Positions 61,682-64,000 of a DNA stretch of 64,000 nucleotides are shown here, piece by piece; positions within the stretch are counted from its first letter, which is position 1; the number at the start of each line of letters is the position of its first letter. This DNA is from Candidatus Aegiribacteria sp. MLS_C (GTDB lineage: Bacteria > Fermentibacterota > Fermentibacteria > Fermentibacterales > JCC-6): the NCBI GenBank assembly GCA_002030045.1, contig LQBI01000031.1:94854-158853 (forward strand), given 5' to 3'. The translations under genes and the position numbers were made by a program. The notes under the pieces were generated by a model. It was given only the letters and a program-made list of their open reading frames with translations, ran no database searches and had not been told where the DNA came from.

Positions 61682-62723
61682 GCAGTTCCTCCTCGACGAA
61701 GGTGTTCAGCGGAAGAGGCTCCTCCGGGTCCTTTCCCGCCCTGTAGTCGAAGAGCGCGGAAGTGCCGGCGCCTACCATGCTGACAAGTCTTCCAACGGGG
61801 ATCCCTGCGGGGCAGGCGTCCTCGCACATACCGCAGCCGACGCAGGAAATGCTCATATGGGCCATTCGGCCGATGTGGAACAGAAGGGTATCGGAGACCA
61901 GCCTGGCCGCCCCTGACCTTCGGGACCGGTCGAGGTGCGAGGATGCCGGACTGCGTCTGTCCTTCATGTCGATGAAGCACTGCCTGCAGTAGCATATAGG
62001 ACATACCGTCCTGCAGGCCCTGCATCCGATGCAGTCGGCGAAGAAGTCCGACAGCCGGCCTATGCCCGCCACCTGTTGCCTCAGTTCTGTCCTCGCCCCC
62101 TCCGCGGTACCGAGCCTGAGTGCCCTGAGTTCTTCCGTTCTTTTCGACCATTCGTCCAGGCTGCCCTGTTCCTCGAGACCCAGCGAGGACGCGAGTTCCC
62201 CGCCCTTAGCCGTCAGCGGGAGCAGGAGGTTCGAATCAGCGGACCTGACGATGCAGGCGTCGCCGCAGGCGGTGAATTCGGAGCACTGCCTGCAGGCAGG
62301 TCGCAGGTTTGCCGGATCGCATTCTTCGGGTTCCGCCGCGCCGTCGTAGAGGTCCAGCTGAATGACACCGGGACAGTCCATGGTGACCAGCGTAAGGTTC
62401 GCGTGGTCGATCTGACGGAGTTTCATCACCTCCACCGCCGCCCTTGCCTCGCAGGGCCGCATTATGGCCAGTATTCTGCGGGATGAGGGCTCTCCGGCCG
62501 CCGAGGACAGGGCCCTGGCCCCCTGTACGGTCATTACCGGCGGCAGGGGTTCCGCCGAGGTCAGAGCGTCAGGCGTTCCCGCCAGTATCCAGCTGTAGCT
62601 GTCCCCGGGACCCCTTGACGGAACCATCACGAAGTCGGCGTACCCCTCCCTGAGAGCGGAGTATGCCAGCTCAAGGAGCGCTTCGCGAAGCGGCAGGCCG
62701 GGGCTGGTGACGAGGCCCCTCAT
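61665..62723 (-). CDS. FrhB/FdhB-family protein, paralog 2, with 2x[4Fe-4S] ferredoxin insert
   Basis: CIGCRACRTVCPIC and CVGCGMCEDACPAG. Start MRGLVTSP overlaps the hdrA-like stop (ATGA). Confidence 0.7.
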   Translation of the reverse strand: MRGLVTSPGLPLREALLELAYSALREGYADFVMVPSRGPGDSYSWILAGTPDALTSAEPLPPVMTVQGARALSSAAGEPSSRRILAIMRPCEARAAVEVMKLRQIDHANLTLVTMDCPGVIQLDLYDGAAEPEECDPANLRPACRQCSEFTACGDACIVRSADSNLLLPLTAKGGELASSLGLEEQGSLDEWSKRTEELRALRLGTAEGARTELRQQVAGIGRLSDFFADCIGCRACRTVCPICYCRQCFIDMKDRRSPASSHLDRSRRSGAARLVSDTLLFHIGRMAHMSISCVGCGMCEDACPAGIPVGRLVSMVGAGTSALFDYRAGKDPEEPLPLNTFVEEELHEFED

Positions 62724-63934
62724 CTCAGGGCTCCCTCCACCTGCGACCGGATCTGTTCGGGAGTGAAGTGCAGCGACCGTATGGCTCCGGAAGGACACGC
62801 CGCGGCGCAATTACCGCAACCCTTGCATAGAACGCCGTTGACGGTGCACACGAACCTCTCCTCATCGAAGGAAATGGCTCCGAAACCGCAGACGTCCATG
62901 CACTGCCGGCATCCGCGGCAGAGTGTCTCGTTTATGACGGACCTCCTTGGTTCCGTCATGACCTCCCTGCCGGGGACCAGGGCTGAGAGGATGCCGCCTG
63001 CCACAGCCTCGGCGCTTCTGACCGAGTCGCCGGGACCGCAGGGGCCTCCTGCGCAGCCCGCTATGTACACGCCGTCGATGGCGGTGGAGAACGGATCGAG
63101 GAAAGTGTGCCTTCGTGAAGGGAAACCTGACTGTCCAGCCGATAGACGCAGCATTCCAGCTATTCCAGAGAATCCTTTCGACGGCCGGTACTTCCCGTCT
63201 TCCATCTCGCAGCCGGTTGCCAGTACCAGTGCACCGACCCTGAGAGGTTCGTCGAGGCTGGTGACGGAAACAATGAAATTCCCGAAGAAACCGACTATTT
63301 CCTGGGGCTCGCTTCCGGTCAGGACCTCGATGGAACTGGTTCGACCGACCTCCTCGGCCAGTTCCGCGGTAACGGCCAGGTCCCTGCCCTCCGGGCTGCC
63401 GCCCAGCTCCGGCTCCCTCTCCAGGAGGACTACCCTTCTGCCGGCTTCCGCGAGTATCAGGGAGGCTATCATGCCGGTGAGCCCTCCTCCTATCACGAGC
63501 ACGCCGGGATCGCAGACTATGCTGCTGGTCTCCAGGGCTTCATGGCGGGCCGCCCTCTCCACGGCGGCCCTGATCATCCTGAGGGCTTTCCAGGTGGCCA
63601 GGTCGCGGTCTGATGTAACCCATGCCACATGTTCACGGATGTTTGCCATTTCCATCATGAAGGGGTTCAGACCCGCCGCAGCGCATACGGCCATGAAGGT
63701 CCTCTCGTGCTCCCTGGGAGAACAGGCGGCCACCACCAGCCTTTCGAGACGGTTCGCCCTTATCCTCTCCGCGAGGTACTCCCTTCCTTTGGGGGAGCAG
63801 AGCAGACCGTAGGTCTCCGCGACCACCACTCCCGGCATGACGGATGCCTCCTCCGCGAGCCTGCCGATATCGACCCTGTCGCTGATGTTGTTCCCGCAGC
63901 TGCATATGAAGACTCCGGTCCGAGGAAGAATCAT
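62720..63934 (-). CDS. HdrA-like FAD-dependent flavoprotein (heterodisulfide reductase subunit A family, short QmoA-like form) with C-terminal ferredoxin cysteines
   Basis: N-terminus GVFICSCGNNISDRVD; FAD fold GVLVIGGGLTGMIASLIL; C-terminal CRGCRQCMDVC…CKGCGNCAAACP; AGGAGA RBS. Confidence 0.75.
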   Translation of the reverse strand: MILPRTGVFICSCGNNISDRVDIGRLAEEASVMPGVVVAETYGLLCSPKGREYLAERIRANRLERLVVAACSPREHERTFMAVCAAAGLNPFMMEMANIREHVAWVTSDRDLATWKALRMIRAAVERAARHEALETSSIVCDPGVLVIGGGLTGMIASLILAEAGRRVVLLEREPELGGSPEGRDLAVTAELAEEVGRTSSIEVLTGSEPQEIVGFFGNFIVSVTSLDEPLRVGALVLATGCEMEDGKYRPSKGFSGIAGMLRLSAGQSGFPSRRHTFLDPFSTAIDGVYIAGCAGGPCGPGDSVRSAEAVAGGILSALVPGREVMTEPRRSVINETLCRGCRQCMDVCGFGAISFDEERFVCTVNGVLCKGCGNCAAACPSGAIRSLHFTPEQIRSQVEGALR

Positions 63935-64000
63935 TCCGGTCTCCTGTTCGCGGATGAAAGTATCCTGCCTGCGGCCCCGGCGGCCGATTCCACCGAGGCG

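Noticed and set aside
1-64000. Genome-wide reassignment of TGA (to Trp or Gly) as the explanation for the in-frame TGAs
   Set aside because: Conserved genes (rpiB, wecB, ribD and others) terminate on TGA at the lengths expected for their families. TGA is therefore a normal stop here, and the in-frame cases must be Sec, error or pseudogene individually.

Overview
This is a high-GC (~65%) bacterial chromosomal segment, densely coding on both strands, with no rRNA, tRNA or CRISPR array that I can see.

Recognisable housekeeping content:
- A Pta/Ptb fragment, rpiB and wecB.
- A complete riboflavin operon, ribD-ribE-ribBA-ribH-nusB, fused downstream of a transglutaminase-like lipoprotein gene.
- A GT4 glycosyltransferase and a SAM-dependent methyltransferase.
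- nifS-nifU, birA, two multi-PAS hybrid histidine kinases, an EamA transporter, a CASTOR/POLLUX-like RCK channel, and an adenylate-cyclase/ATPase/TPR protein.

A DNA-damage-themed stretch runs from about 13.8 to 28.6 kb:
- A DnaE2/ImuC-like error-prone polymerase with a Cheo-box-like GAAC-N4-GTTT site at its start.
- A Lon-like (COG1067) protease.
- Endonuclease IV.
- An SbcD-like nuclease and an SbcC-like ATPase that carries an internal transmembrane hairpin.
- A 941-aa WG-repeat protein.

Many genes are envelope or secreted proteins. Three have type IX secretion (T9SS) C-terminal sorting domains: an FG-GAP protein, a C25 gingipain-like peptidase and a thioredoxin-like protein. This argues for an organism of the FCB (Fibrobacteres-Chlorobi-Bacteroidetes) lineage.

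Methanogen-type anaerobic modules are also present: a DUF39/COG1900 plus NIL-ferredoxin plus UPF0280 homocysteine-biosynthesis cluster, and an HdrA-FrhB-FrhB cluster.

The most notable signals:
- An apparent selenocysteine UGA inside a signal-peptide/T9SS thioredoxin-like protein, giving TG-U-PTC (UxxC) in place of CxxC, with a downstream hairpin.
- Two other secreted repeat proteins broken by an in-frame TGA or a frameshift.
- A perfect 29-bp inverted repeat whose arm motif recurs in a nearby promoter.
- A leader-ORF/anti-SD/terminator attenuator-like structure, in a sharply AT-rich island, immediately upstream of the homocysteine cluster.
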